This document shows, piece by piece, positions 26,969-36,804 of a stretch of DNA of 64,000 nucleotides (positions within the stretch are counted from its first letter, which is position 1; the number at the start of each line of letters is the position of its first letter). A program made the translations under genes and the position numbers. The notes under the pieces are model-generated. The model saw only the letters and a program-made list of their open reading frames with translations, was not told the DNA's origin and ran no database searches. The DNA is taken from positions 5,003 through 69,002 of the forward strand of contig CAIUQE010000049.1 of the NCBI GenBank assembly GCA_903901225.1, in the 5' to 3' direction. The DNA is from Candidatus Omnitrophota bacterium. Its GTDB lineage: Bacteria > Omnitrophota > Gorgyraeia > Zapsychrales > Fredricksoniimonadaceae.

Positions 26969-29900
26969 ATGCTCAAAAAGACAGTTTCCTCTTTTTTGTT
27001 GTTTGTTTTCTGCCTGACCAGTGTGGCAGCCCCGGACGGCCGTGTGTTCGGCCAGACCGTGGCTGTCCTTCCGGCTCCTGGAATGTTGGTGACCCCAAGT
27101 CCGGCGTATATGCCGGTCATGGCGCGCGGGTTAAAAGTCCATCCGGAAAACCCCCTTTTGTTTGATTTTATTGTGGATGTCGGTGATCCCGGTTTCGTCG
27201 TTGAAGGATCTCAGTTCAAGGCTGAGTCCGAAAAACTCATCAAATATTTCCTCGCTTCGTTGACAGTTCCCGAAAAAGATCTTTGGGTGAATCTTAGCCC
27301 TTACGAAAAAGACAGGATCGTTCCGGAAGCTTTTGGCCGGACAGAAATGGGGCGGGATTTGCTCGCCCAGGACTACATTTTGAAACAGATAACAGCATCG
27401 CTCATTTACCCGGATGAGAAGACAGGCAAGGAGTTCTGGGATAAGGTCTACGCCCAGGCGTTGAAACGTTATGGCACTACGGATGTCCCGGTAGACACGT
27501 TCAATAAAGTGTGGATCGTCCCCGAGAAAGCCACGGTTTATGAGAACAATGATGCGGCTTATGTCGTTGAATCCGGATTAAAGGTTATGCTGGAGAGTGA
27601 TTACGTAGCCATGTCCCATCAGAAGGACATGGCGGAGTCCTCGGCACCCGCCGAGGATGTGACCATGTCCCATCAGAAGGACATGGCGGAGTCCTCGGCT
27701 CCCGCCATGCAAAATGAGGAAATGGTGCGTAGGGGCGGGTCTCAGACCCGCCCACTTGAGACGGCTACGCAAGAATTAGCCAAACCGGTTCTTCGTGAAA
27801 TCATCATTCCCATTCTCGAAAAAGAAGTGAACGAGGGCAAGAATTTCACAGCGTTACGCCAGGTCTACAGCTCGCTGATCCTCGCGACATGGTACAAGCG
27901 GAAGTTCAAGGCCGGAATTTTCGGCCAGGCCTACGTCGATCAACAGAAGACCGCTGGCGTAGACATTGCTGATAAGAACGAGAAAGAGAAGATCTGGGCG
28001 CAGTATGTTGAGGCGTTCCAAAAGGGTACCTATAACCTGATCAGAGAGGAAGTTGACCCAACAACGCAAGCGATAGTGCCAAGAAAGTATTTTTCAGGTG
28101 GCTGTGATCTGGCGATGGATGTGTTCAAGACGGCCTCGTCTGCTGTATTACCAGTGTTGGCTGATCGCGCGGCCATTGTTGAGGTGAAGGTCGATTACGC
28201 ACAGGAGGATCAGGAGGGATCTGACACGCCTCCCAGTTTGACCCGTATTGACGATATTAAGCGGCTTTTTACCGGGCTCAATGATCTGGACGACCGGCTG
28301 GGAGTTCCTCATTATAATTCCAGATGGCATCGTGAAGGAGGTTATGACGCCACACTCAAGGATCATTTACAGCGGATATTGAATGTGAAGAATGATATCC
28401 TCAGCCATAATTTTCCAGGGAGCGATCAGGATCAGGAGCTGATCTCCCTGGTGAGAGCGTATGCGTCCAGGGACAATGATGAACTGGATGCCATGATCTT
28501 GTTGCATGATCATGGGAAAAAAGAAGCGGCTTTCAGGAATAAGCATGGCGATATGGGGTTTAAGGGGCATGAAGAAAAAGCTTATCGTTCGCTCATTAAT
28601 AACAAGGTGATGTATAAAGGGAAAGCCTTGTCCCATAGGATCAAAATGGCTGTTAAATATCACGATATGCACTGGAAGATCAATTATGCCCATCCGGGAG
28701 AGTTTGAAAAAACAATCCACATGATGCGGAAGGATTTTAATGGGTCACTGGATGACTTTGAAGAAGCCTGCGAGTTTATAACAGCATTCTCTGTGATCGA
28801 TGTTCTGGGATCTTTATGGGAAGGCGATCGTCGGGGTGATCTGGGTAGCGTCAGAACATTCCATGAGCATTTTCTGGCCTGGAAAAAGGCGCGCAAGAAG
28901 TTTGACAGGGCGGAGGATCATTCCGTTGTTTTTGGAGGCGGGAAGTTAAATTTGGATCATCCGCTGGTCATATCAGGGCGGATCATTGGCATTGAGGATT
29001 ACGACAATGTCGGTGGATCAAATTTGGCGGATTATGCCAGGAAGAAAGATGTTAAACGTATTTATTTTGACCTGGACCTGACGGTCTTCCGGTCCATGGG
29101 GTATGTTTCTTCCAGCCAGTGGTTTGAGCACGCGTCTAAAGAGTTCGGACTGGAACAGACCTTATGGTGGTGGGGTAACAGGGGTCATGAGGCGCGCCAG
29201 ATCGATAACGATTTTTTCTTCAGGTTAATGGATCCCGGGATCCCGGCCATGATCGAAGGTTTGAAAGCACAGGGCATTGAATGCGTTGGATTGACCGCGC
29301 GCGATAATGACAAGGATGAACCGCGCACGCAGGAGATCCTTGCGAGATTTGGCGTTGAAATGAATGATGTGATCTTTGCGTCCGGCGCGGCGGCCAAGGC
29401 CCAGGCTGTGGATGATTATGAGAAAGGTCATGGCCGTTTGCGGGCCTTGTTTGTGGAAGACAGTTTCTTTAATTTGGAGAAATTTTTGCCTGTTCACGCG
29501 CATGTGGATGCTATTTTTTACCGGCCTGTGAATGCCAATCAGGAAGATGAATGGGATCATAAGGTCTATCTTGAAAAAGCCCGTGCGGACACGTCCAACG
29601 GGCATAAGTTTGAATATTATTTCAATGCCGTGGTCAAGATCCTGGAATTAAAGGGCATTACTCGTGAGATCGCCTATGAGCAGTTGCATCAGATCCATCA
29701 CGAGCTTCTGCGGTTGCCAGACCCCAAGCCGGCAGGGTATGACAAATTAATTCAGGTCCTGGAGATCAGTAAGAAAGGCCAGTCGTATTTGTTCCATGAT
29801 CCAGAGGCGCGGGAATTGCGGGAGAAGAGATCCAAAGACAGGGCGATGCTCAGGGATCCCGGCGGTATCGACCTTACCCCCGGCAAGATCGCCCTGAAGA

Positions 29901-30043
29901 CCAGAGATATTGGTGAGGCGATCAAGTTCAACAGTGATCCTGCCATGCTCCAGAGATTACAAAAGGCTTCTGGCGTGACTCCCGTCATTATTGGCATTCA
30001 TTCATTGGACAGCCTCCGGAAGTTCATGAATGTTGGCCCATGA
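26969..30043 (+). CDS. Giant-paralog family member 5 (1024 aa). Its conserved N-domain carries a tandem duplication and a palindromic-repeat insertion. Its cargo has an HD-like segment and a HAD-superfamily phosphatase-like segment. It ends with the conserved C-tail.
   Basis: The N-domain is ~88% identical at the nucleotide level to paralog 1 over the first ~200 nt compared. HD-like: AMILLHDHGKKE. HAD motif I: RIYFDLDLTVF (29066-29086), with later FVEDS. C-tail: DPGGIDLTPGKIALK...KFNSDPAMLQRL...GVTPVIIGIHSLDSLRKF. Confidence 0.85.
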   Translation: MLKKTVSSFLLFVFCLTSVAAPDGRVFGQTVAVLPAPGMLVTPSPAYMPVMARGLKVHPENPLLFDFIVDVGDPGFVVEGSQFKAESEKLIKYFLASLTVPEKDLWVNLSPYEKDRIVPEAFGRTEMGRDLLAQDYILKQITASLIYPDEKTGKEFWDKVYAQALKRYGTTDVPVDTFNKVWIVPEKATVYENNDAAYVVESGLKVMLESDYVAMSHQKDMAESSAPAEDVTMSHQKDMAESSAPAMQNEEMVRRGGSQTRPLETATQELAKPVLREIIIPILEKEVNEGKNFTALRQVYSSLILATWYKRKFKAGIFGQAYVDQQKTAGVDIADKNEKEKIWAQYVEAFQKGTYNLIREEVDPTTQAIVPRKYFSGGCDLAMDVFKTASSAVLPVLADRAAIVEVKVDYAQEDQEGSDTPPSLTRIDDIKRLFTGLNDLDDRLGVPHYNSRWHREGGYDATLKDHLQRILNVKNDILSHNFPGSDQDQELISLVRAYASRDNDELDAMILLHDHGKKEAAFRNKHGDMGFKGHEEKAYRSLINNKVMYKGKALSHRIKMAVKYHDMHWKINYAHPGEFEKTIHMMRKDFNGSLDDFEEACEFITAFSVIDVLGSLWEGDRRGDLGSVRTFHEHFLAWKKARKKFDRAEDHSVVFGGGKLNLDHPLVISGRIIGIEDYDNVGGSNLADYARKKDVKRIYFDLDLTVFRSMGYVSSSQWFEHASKEFGLEQTLWWWGNRGHEARQIDNDFFFRLMDPGIPAMIEGLKAQGIECVGLTARDNDKDEPRTQEILARFGVEMNDVIFASGAAAKAQAVDDYEKGHGRLRALFVEDSFFNLEKFLPVHAHVDAIFYRPVNANQEDEWDHKVYLEKARADTSNGHKFEYYFNAVVKILELKGITREIAYEQLHQIHHELLRLPDPKPAGYDKLIQVLEISKKGQSYLFHDPEARELREKRSKDRAMLRDPGGIDLTPGKIALKTRDIGEAIKFNSDPAMLQRLQKASGVTPVIIGIHSLDSLRKFMNVGP
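27611..27706 (+). repeat. In-frame tandem duplication, 54-bp unit x 1.8 copies, encoding MSHQKDMAESSAPAEDVT / MSHQKDMAESSAPA, inside the N-domain linker of paralog 5
   Basis: Unit 1 is 27611-27664 and unit 2 is 27665-27706. There is a single mismatch (gcaccc versus gctccc). Confidence 0.8.
27727..27754. repeat. GCGTAGGGG-hairpin family, copy 4 (stem gggcgggtc / gacccgccc, loop tca), embedded in-frame in paralog 5, encoding ...VRRGGSQTRPLE...
   Basis: gcgtaggggcgggtctcagacccgcccac. This is the same 29-mer as the intergenic copy at 3940-3968 except for 2 loop nucleotides. Confidence 0.65.
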
Positions 30044-30114
30044 AGATCTGAGAAATTGTGTAACGTAAAAAAGAGAAGGTTGAAGGAACAGAAACATTTT
30101 GCAAAACAGGCCTA

Positions 30115-30642
30115 ATGGGGTATGCTGAAAAAATGGCAGCCATGAAAACAATATTAATTCTTGTTCTGGAGATCTTTTTATCCGGCGCCGTCCACGCCGC
30201 AGAGCCGATGATCCTGACAAGCCCCGATTTTCGCCCTGGCGATTATATTGACCGGAAATTCACGTGCCAGGGGGCAAACACGGCGCCGCGGCTTGAGTTC
30301 GTGAATATACCTGATGAGGCAAAAACCCTTGTGCTCATCGTGCATGACCCGGACGCGCCTTCGGGCGGCTGGACGCATTGGGTGGTGTTCAACATCGATC
30401 CTTCCAAGTTCGAGATCAACGCGTCCGAATTCCCGGGGACGGACGGCAAGAATGATTTTGGCGACAAAGGATGGGGCGGCCCCTGCCCTCCGTCGGGAAC
30501 GCACCATTATGTTTTTAACGGTTACGCGCTCGATATCCGCCTTGACCTGAAAGAGGGCGCCGCGCGATCCGCGATCGAGAAAGCCATGAGCGGCCATGTC
30601 CTGGCCAAAGCCGAGCTCATTGCTTTATATGAGAAATTCTAG
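30115..30642 (+). CDS. YbhB/YbcL-family PEBP (Raf-kinase-inhibitor-like) protein with signal peptide
   Basis: PEBP signature ...LVLIVHDPDAPSGGWTHWVVFNI... and GYNGP-like ...GDKGWGGPCPPSGTHHYVF. The start may be at the internal Met 30133 or 30142. Confidence 0.75.
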   Translation: MGYAEKMAAMKTILILVLEIFLSGAVHAAEPMILTSPDFRPGDYIDRKFTCQGANTAPRLEFVNIPDEAKTLVLIVHDPDAPSGGWTHWVVFNIDPSKFEINASEFPGTDGKNDFGDKGWGGPCPPSGTHHYVFNGYALDIRLDLKEGAARSAIEKAMSGHVLAKAELIALYEKF

Positions 30643-30668
30643 CCTCAGCCGCGCGATTTGTACTATAA

Positions 30669-32192
<1,524 letters not shown>

Positions 32193-32256
32193 TGTTGCAA
32201 AGCCCCCGGCCTTCCAGTAGGTTGCTCTCCAAGGCTATTTAAGTTTTATGAGCGGG

Positions 32257-34077
32257 TCAGATCAAGGCGAGGCGCCTGGCGCAGGCGTTGAGTTCATTCA
32301 GCATTGAGGTCCGGGTGATCTCGGTCTCTTCGGTGATCTGGGGGATGAGCGTGCGGTAGTAAGCGATCCCGTCGGTAATGTTCTGGCGGAATTCTTCGAT
32401 GGCCGCGTCTTTTGTTTCAGCGGCGCGGGCTTTCTTGTCCGCGCATAAACGCGTGAATTGGTCCAGGTTCAACTTCAGTTCCTTCAGGAACATATGCGGC
32501 CTGTTGGGGAACGGCATGATGTTGATACGGCCATAGATATGGTCGATCATTTCTTTGAGGCTGGCGGCCCGGTTGAAATACGCGATGTTCGGCCCGGGGC
32601 ATACCGCGGGAAAAGTGCCGATCTTCTTGTCCTGGTGGATATTCTTGTAAAACCCGTCGCCAAGCTGGGCGCAGATGCAGGCTTTCGACGTGACCAGGCC
32701 GACCTGCCGTTCATATTCTTCCTTCGGTAGACCGAGCGCCTTGAGCGCTTCCAGCTTTAATTTCTGGTATGTCCTTGATGCCGTGCAGATCGGGTTTTTC
32801 GTGAACTCGGTATTGGTCGCCAGATGGCCAAGCAGGCAGGGGCTTCCCGGAGCGCCGTCATGGATGAGCTGGCACTTTCTGAGTTCACTTAATGAATTCC
32901 TCAAATTGTTGAACGCCACATTCAGAGGGGAAACGTCGCTCAGATAAATGTCGTTCTCGCCGGCGGCCGCAAGCTTGTCCAACGTCACTTTGTCTATCTG
33001 GATGGCTTCCGGGACCAGGAGGAAGGGCGAACCCCATCCGGTCGAAGCAACCCCGTAAAAACGTTTGAGGAACGTGTCTTCGTTGAACGTGCCAATCCCG
33101 CCCTGCGCGGTCAGGCGGAACGAAGGCGGTATGGCAGGGATGACTTTGCTCTTGAGTTTCAACGCTTCGAGATAGATCGAGGAGAGCTGGTCGGTCAGTT
33201 CCTGGCGTTTCTGTTTGAATTCCTCGAGCACGGGGCCCATCAGGTTGCCGGCGCCCGCGAAGGCGTGGCCGCCGCAATTGAGCCCGGATTCGACGCGGAA
33301 TTCCGATATCCACAAGCCTTTTTTCGCCAGGAATTTTCCCTGGGTGATCGCGGAGCGGTGATCGCTGACCTTGAGGATGATCTCTTTCCGGAAATTTCCC
33401 GCCGCGTCAGCGTAGAAATCGTTGAATTCCTCGATATACGTGTAAAGGCGGCGGTTGAATCCCGCGGAAAGTTCAATGGCGGCGTGCAAGGCGCTTTGGG
33501 CAAAACCACGCAACGCGGCAAGGGCGTCCGAGAATTGTTCGGGTAAAGGATTGCCTTCGCGGTCGACGTTCGGGCGGTCGAGCTTCGTCATGATATTGAC
33601 ATCAATGCGCCCGGGCACGATACGGGACCGGAGCTCATTCTCGAGTACAGTTCTTTCGGCGGCGTCTTTGGTGGCAAGCATTGTCCTGTAGGACGCTTTC
33701 AGCGGCGAATTCTCGGGAAGGAATTCAAAGTACCGGGTGATCTCGGTGCCGGCCGTGAACGCTGTTTTTTTGAGGTCTTCCATCTGTTTTTTGACGATGC
33801 GGTCAACTAGGTCGAGGTACGCGGTGATGCGGCGCGCGCGCCAGTCATCGTCAAATTTTTCAATGGGCGTGAAGGGTTCATTGTAACGGTTGGCGTAGAA
33901 CTTGCGGACATCCTCGATCAGGCTGTCATCGACAAGGGAGATCACCGACGAAATGCCGTAGCGCGCCACGCGGATCGGGGAGTCGATGGTAAAACAGGTC
34001 CCCATGACGGGAATATGGAATGTGTGGGCGCTGGACATAAAACTAGGATAGAGGAAATGATATGAAAAGCAAGGCAT
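32257..34077 (-). CDS. Conserved hypothetical protein (606 aa), family not recognised
   Basis: Long uninterrupted ORF on the minus strand with protein-like composition, e.g. ...RVESGLNCGGHAFAGAGNLMGPVLEEF.... It lies between thiC and the bioB-like gene. No catalytic motif could be assigned confidently. Confidence 0.55.
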   Translation of the reverse strand: MPCFSYHFLYPSFMSSAHTFHIPVMGTCFTIDSPIRVARYGISSVISLVDDSLIEDVRKFYANRYNEPFTPIEKFDDDWRARRITAYLDLVDRIVKKQMEDLKKTAFTAGTEITRYFEFLPENSPLKASYRTMLATKDAAERTVLENELRSRIVPGRIDVNIMTKLDRPNVDREGNPLPEQFSDALAALRGFAQSALHAAIELSAGFNRRLYTYIEEFNDFYADAAGNFRKEIILKVSDHRSAITQGKFLAKKGLWISEFRVESGLNCGGHAFAGAGNLMGPVLEEFKQKRQELTDQLSSIYLEALKLKSKVIPAIPPSFRLTAQGGIGTFNEDTFLKRFYGVASTGWGSPFLLVPEAIQIDKVTLDKLAAAGENDIYLSDVSPLNVAFNNLRNSLSELRKCQLIHDGAPGSPCLLGHLATNTEFTKNPICTASRTYQKLKLEALKALGLPKEEYERQVGLVTSKACICAQLGDGFYKNIHQDKKIGTFPAVCPGPNIAYFNRAASLKEMIDHIYGRINIMPFPNRPHMFLKELKLNLDQFTRLCADKKARAAETKDAAIEEFRQNITDGIAYYRTLIPQITEETEITRTSMLNELNACARRLALI

Positions 34078-34108
34078 TTCTGGGCGTTTCTGTTAAAATA
34101 TCCGCGCT

Positions 34109-35179
34109 ATGGAAATTTATCCACGGATAGAAAAAATGATCGAACGCGATGAGCCTTTAAGCCTGACGGACGCTTTGGCGCTCCTGGATGGCGGGAGCGT
34201 TGAATTGCTCCGGCTGCTTGATCTGGCCTACCGGTCGCGAAAAAAATATTTTTCCAACAAGGTGACACTGCATGTCCTGAACAATGTCCAGAACGGGCTT
34301 TGTCCCGAGGATTGCCGTTATTGCGCCCAATCATCCGCTTCGTCAGCGGCCATCGAAGCGTATCCCATGAAGCCTGATGAGGAGATACTGGCCGAAGCGG
34401 CCGCGGCGCATCAGAATGGCGCGGGCCGCTACTGCATGGTCTTTGCCGGGACCGGCCCTTCGGAAGACAGGGTCCGCCACCTGGCGGGGTTGATCCGGGA
34501 GATCAAGCGCCGTTACGCGATCGAAGTTTGTGTTTCCCCCGGTGTGATCAACGCGGCGCAGGCCCGCGCGCTCAAGGAAGCCGGGCTTGACCGTTTGAAC
34601 CACAATCTCAATACATCCGAGAGATATTACGGCCATATTTGCGGGTCCCACACGTACGCGGACCGCCTGGCGACGCTCGCGGCGGCCCAATCCGTCGGGC
34701 TGGATGTGTGTTCGGGCGTGATCATCGGCATGGGCGAGGGGCCGGAGGATGTTTATGCCATGGCAAAAAAAGTAAGGGATCTTAATGTGCGTTCTATCCC
34801 CGTTAATTTCTTTATCCCGATCCCGGGTGTCGCGTTGAAAGAAGCGCGGGGACTAACGCCGGAATATTGCCTGAGGGTCCTGTGCCTTTTCCGGCTCATG
34901 AATCCCCGCAGCGAGATACGGATGGCCGCGGGGCGGGAGATCCATTTACGCTCGTTGCAGCCGCTGGGGCTTTATCCGGCGAATTCGCTTTTTCTGCAGG
35001 GTTATCTCAATGCCCGGGGCTCTTCGGACGCGGCGACCCTGCGCATGATCAGGGACATGGGCTTTGCCATTGAATCAGAGGTCCCGCTGGATGGCTTGCT
35101 GGATAATAAGGATGATCTGCCCGGCGGGAACGGGTTAAAGGACCAGGAAGAATTAAGACCATTTCAGGGGAGGGGATAA
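34109..35179 (+). CDS. Biotin synthase-like radical SAM enzyme (BioB family; HydE/ThiH-type cannot be excluded)
   Basis: GLCPEDCRYCAQSS (CxxxCxxC with the BioB-like context). Additional Cys residues at BioB-like positions (CMVFAG, CVSPG, CSGVIIGMGE). Confidence 0.65.
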   Translation: MEIYPRIEKMIERDEPLSLTDALALLDGGSVELLRLLDLAYRSRKKYFSNKVTLHVLNNVQNGLCPEDCRYCAQSSASSAAIEAYPMKPDEEILAEAAAAHQNGAGRYCMVFAGTGPSEDRVRHLAGLIREIKRRYAIEVCVSPGVINAAQARALKEAGLDRLNHNLNTSERYYGHICGSHTYADRLATLAAAQSVGLDVCSGVIIGMGEGPEDVYAMAKKVRDLNVRSIPVNFFIPIPGVALKEARGLTPEYCLRVLCLFRLMNPRSEIRMAAGREIHLRSLQPLGLYPANSLFLQGYLNARGSSDAATLRMIRDMGFAIESEVPLDGLLDNKDDLPGGNGLKDQEELRPFQGRG

Positions 35180-36118
35180 ATGGAAGAACTTATCATTATC
35201 GGTTCGGGCCCGTCGGGACATACGGCGGCCATTTACGCGGCGCGCGCTAATCTGAACCCTTTGATGTTAGAGGGCATGATGGCCGGAGGCATCGCGGCGG
35301 GCGGGCAGTTGACCACGACGACCGAGATCGAGAATTTTCCGGGATTTCCCGAAGGTGTCAGCGGCCCTGATCTCATGGACCGCATGCGGGCACAGTCCCT
35401 GAAGCACGGGACGCGTATCGAGACCCAGACGGTGGAACGGGTCGACCTTTCAAAGAGACCGTGGCGCGTCGTGACCGAAGAAGGCGCTTCCTTCGAGGCC
35501 AAAGCGCTGATCATCGCCACGGGCGCGACGGCCCGGCGGATGAATATTCCCGGTGAGGACAAATTTTGGCAGCGGGGCATTTCGGCCTGCGCTGTCTGTG
35601 ACGGCGCGTTGCCCATCTTTCGCAACAAGGTCGTTGTGGTGGTGGGCGGCGGCGACTCGGCGGTCGAGGAGGCTTGCCACCTGACCAAATTCGCGGCGAA
35701 GGTCATCCTCATGCACCGTCGGGGCGAATTGCGCGCGTCCAAGGCCATGCAAAAACGCGCTTTCAGTGACCCGAAGATCGAGATCATGTGGCATACTGTT
35801 CCTGCCGAGGCTACGGGTGAAAAATTCCTGTCGGGGCTGAAGGTCAGGGATGTCAGGACTGAAGCGGTGTCTGACCTTCCCTGCAGCGGGCTTTTTTACG
35901 CGATCGGGCATCAACCGAACACGGCGTTCCTGGGCGGGCAGCTTGAACTTGATGAACTCGGTTACATTAAAACGGTCCCGGGAACGACCCGGACAACGAT
36001 TGACGGTGTTTTTGCCTGCGGCGATGTTCAGGACAAGAAATATCGCCAGGCGATCACTTCGGCGGGATCAGGATGCATGGCGGCCCTGGAAGCGGAGAAA
36101 TTCCTGCATGAGCACTGA
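35180..36118 (+). CDS. trxB: Thioredoxin-disulfide reductase
   Basis: FAD motif [12 protein letters not shown]. Redox-active CAVCDG. NADPH motif [14 protein letters not shown]. Confidence 0.9.
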   Translation: MEELIIIGSGPSGHTAAIYAARANLNPLMLEGMMAGGIAAGGQLTTTTEIENFPGFPEGVSGPDLMDRMRAQSLKHGTRIETQTVERVDLSKRPWRVVTEEGASFEAKALIIATGATARRMNIPGEDKFWQRGISACAVCDGALPIFRNKVVVVVGGGDSAVEEACHLTKFAAKVILMHRRGELRASKAMQKRAFSDPKIEIMWHTVPAEATGEKFLSGLKVRDVRTEAVSDLPCSGLFYAIGHQPNTAFLGGQLELDELGYIKTVPGTTRTTIDGVFACGDVQDKKYRQAITSAGSGCMAALEAEKFLHEH

Positions 36119-36788
36119 GATCTTCAATGCCATCGCCCCTCGATATGACGCGACGAATTACGCGCTTTCGCTGGGCATGGACATCGGTTGGCGCCGGCGG
36201 ATCACCGACCATCTTCCCGTCGGGGATAGCCTCGCGGCGCTTGATCTGGCCACGGGCACCGCTGATGTGGCGCTCGTTTTGGCCCGTCATCCGCGCGTGG
36301 GAAGGGTCGTTGGCATCGATGTGGCCACGGGGATGCTGGACCTGGCCCGCGCGAAGGTCCGCAAGGCAGGGTTTGAGCGCAAGATAGAACTTGCGGCGGG
36401 AGATGCGCTGGCCCTGGATTTTCCCGATGAAAGTTTTGACGTTCTTACGGTCGCTTTCGGGATACGTAATTTTTCTGATCTGATGCGTGGCCTGGCTGAA
36501 GCTTATCGTGTTTTGAAGCCCGGGGGGTGCTTTATCGTCCTGGAATTCTCGACCCCGCGGGGTTTTGTCCAGAGAGCCGTGCACGGTTTCTATTTGAAAC
36601 ACATGGTCCCGTTCATCGGCATGCTCCTGACGGGCAGGAAAGAGGCGTACGCGTACCTGTCCAGGACCGTGAAGGCGTTCCCGTACGGTGACCGTTTTTC
36701 CCGCATCATACGGCAGGCCGGTTTCGGCCATGTGGAACGCGTGGAACTGGCCATGGGCACGGCGACGATCTATGTGGCGAAGAAATGA
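36108..36788 (+). CDS. ubiE: Demethylmenaquinone / ubiquinone C-methyltransferase
   Basis: YD.TN N-terminal motif ([23 protein letters not shown]). SAM motif LDLATGT. The start was chosen at the ATG 36108, which overlaps the trxB end. Confidence 0.8.
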   Translation: MSTEIFNAIAPRYDATNYALSLGMDIGWRRRITDHLPVGDSLAALDLATGTADVALVLARHPRVGRVVGIDVATGMLDLARAKVRKAGFERKIELAAGDALALDFPDESFDVLTVAFGIRNFSDLMRGLAEAYRVLKPGGCFIVLEFSTPRGFVQRAVHGFYLKHMVPFIGMLLTGRKEAYAYLSRTVKAFPYGDRFSRIIRQAGFGHVERVELAMGTATIYVAKK

Positions 36789-36804
36789 AATATCCTGAGA
36801 AGGG

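Noticed and set aside
27611-27706. Direct repeats considered as a possible CRISPR array
   Set aside because: There are only about two copies of a 54-bp unit with no spacers. It is in-frame inside a CDS and encodes a duplicated peptide. This is a tandem duplication, not CRISPR.
32193-32256. Convergent intergenic region between thiC and the minus-strand 606-aa gene, searched for a bidirectional terminator
   Set aside because: Only a weak GC-rich segment (gcccccggcc) is present, without a convincing stem-loop or U-tract. It is not called.
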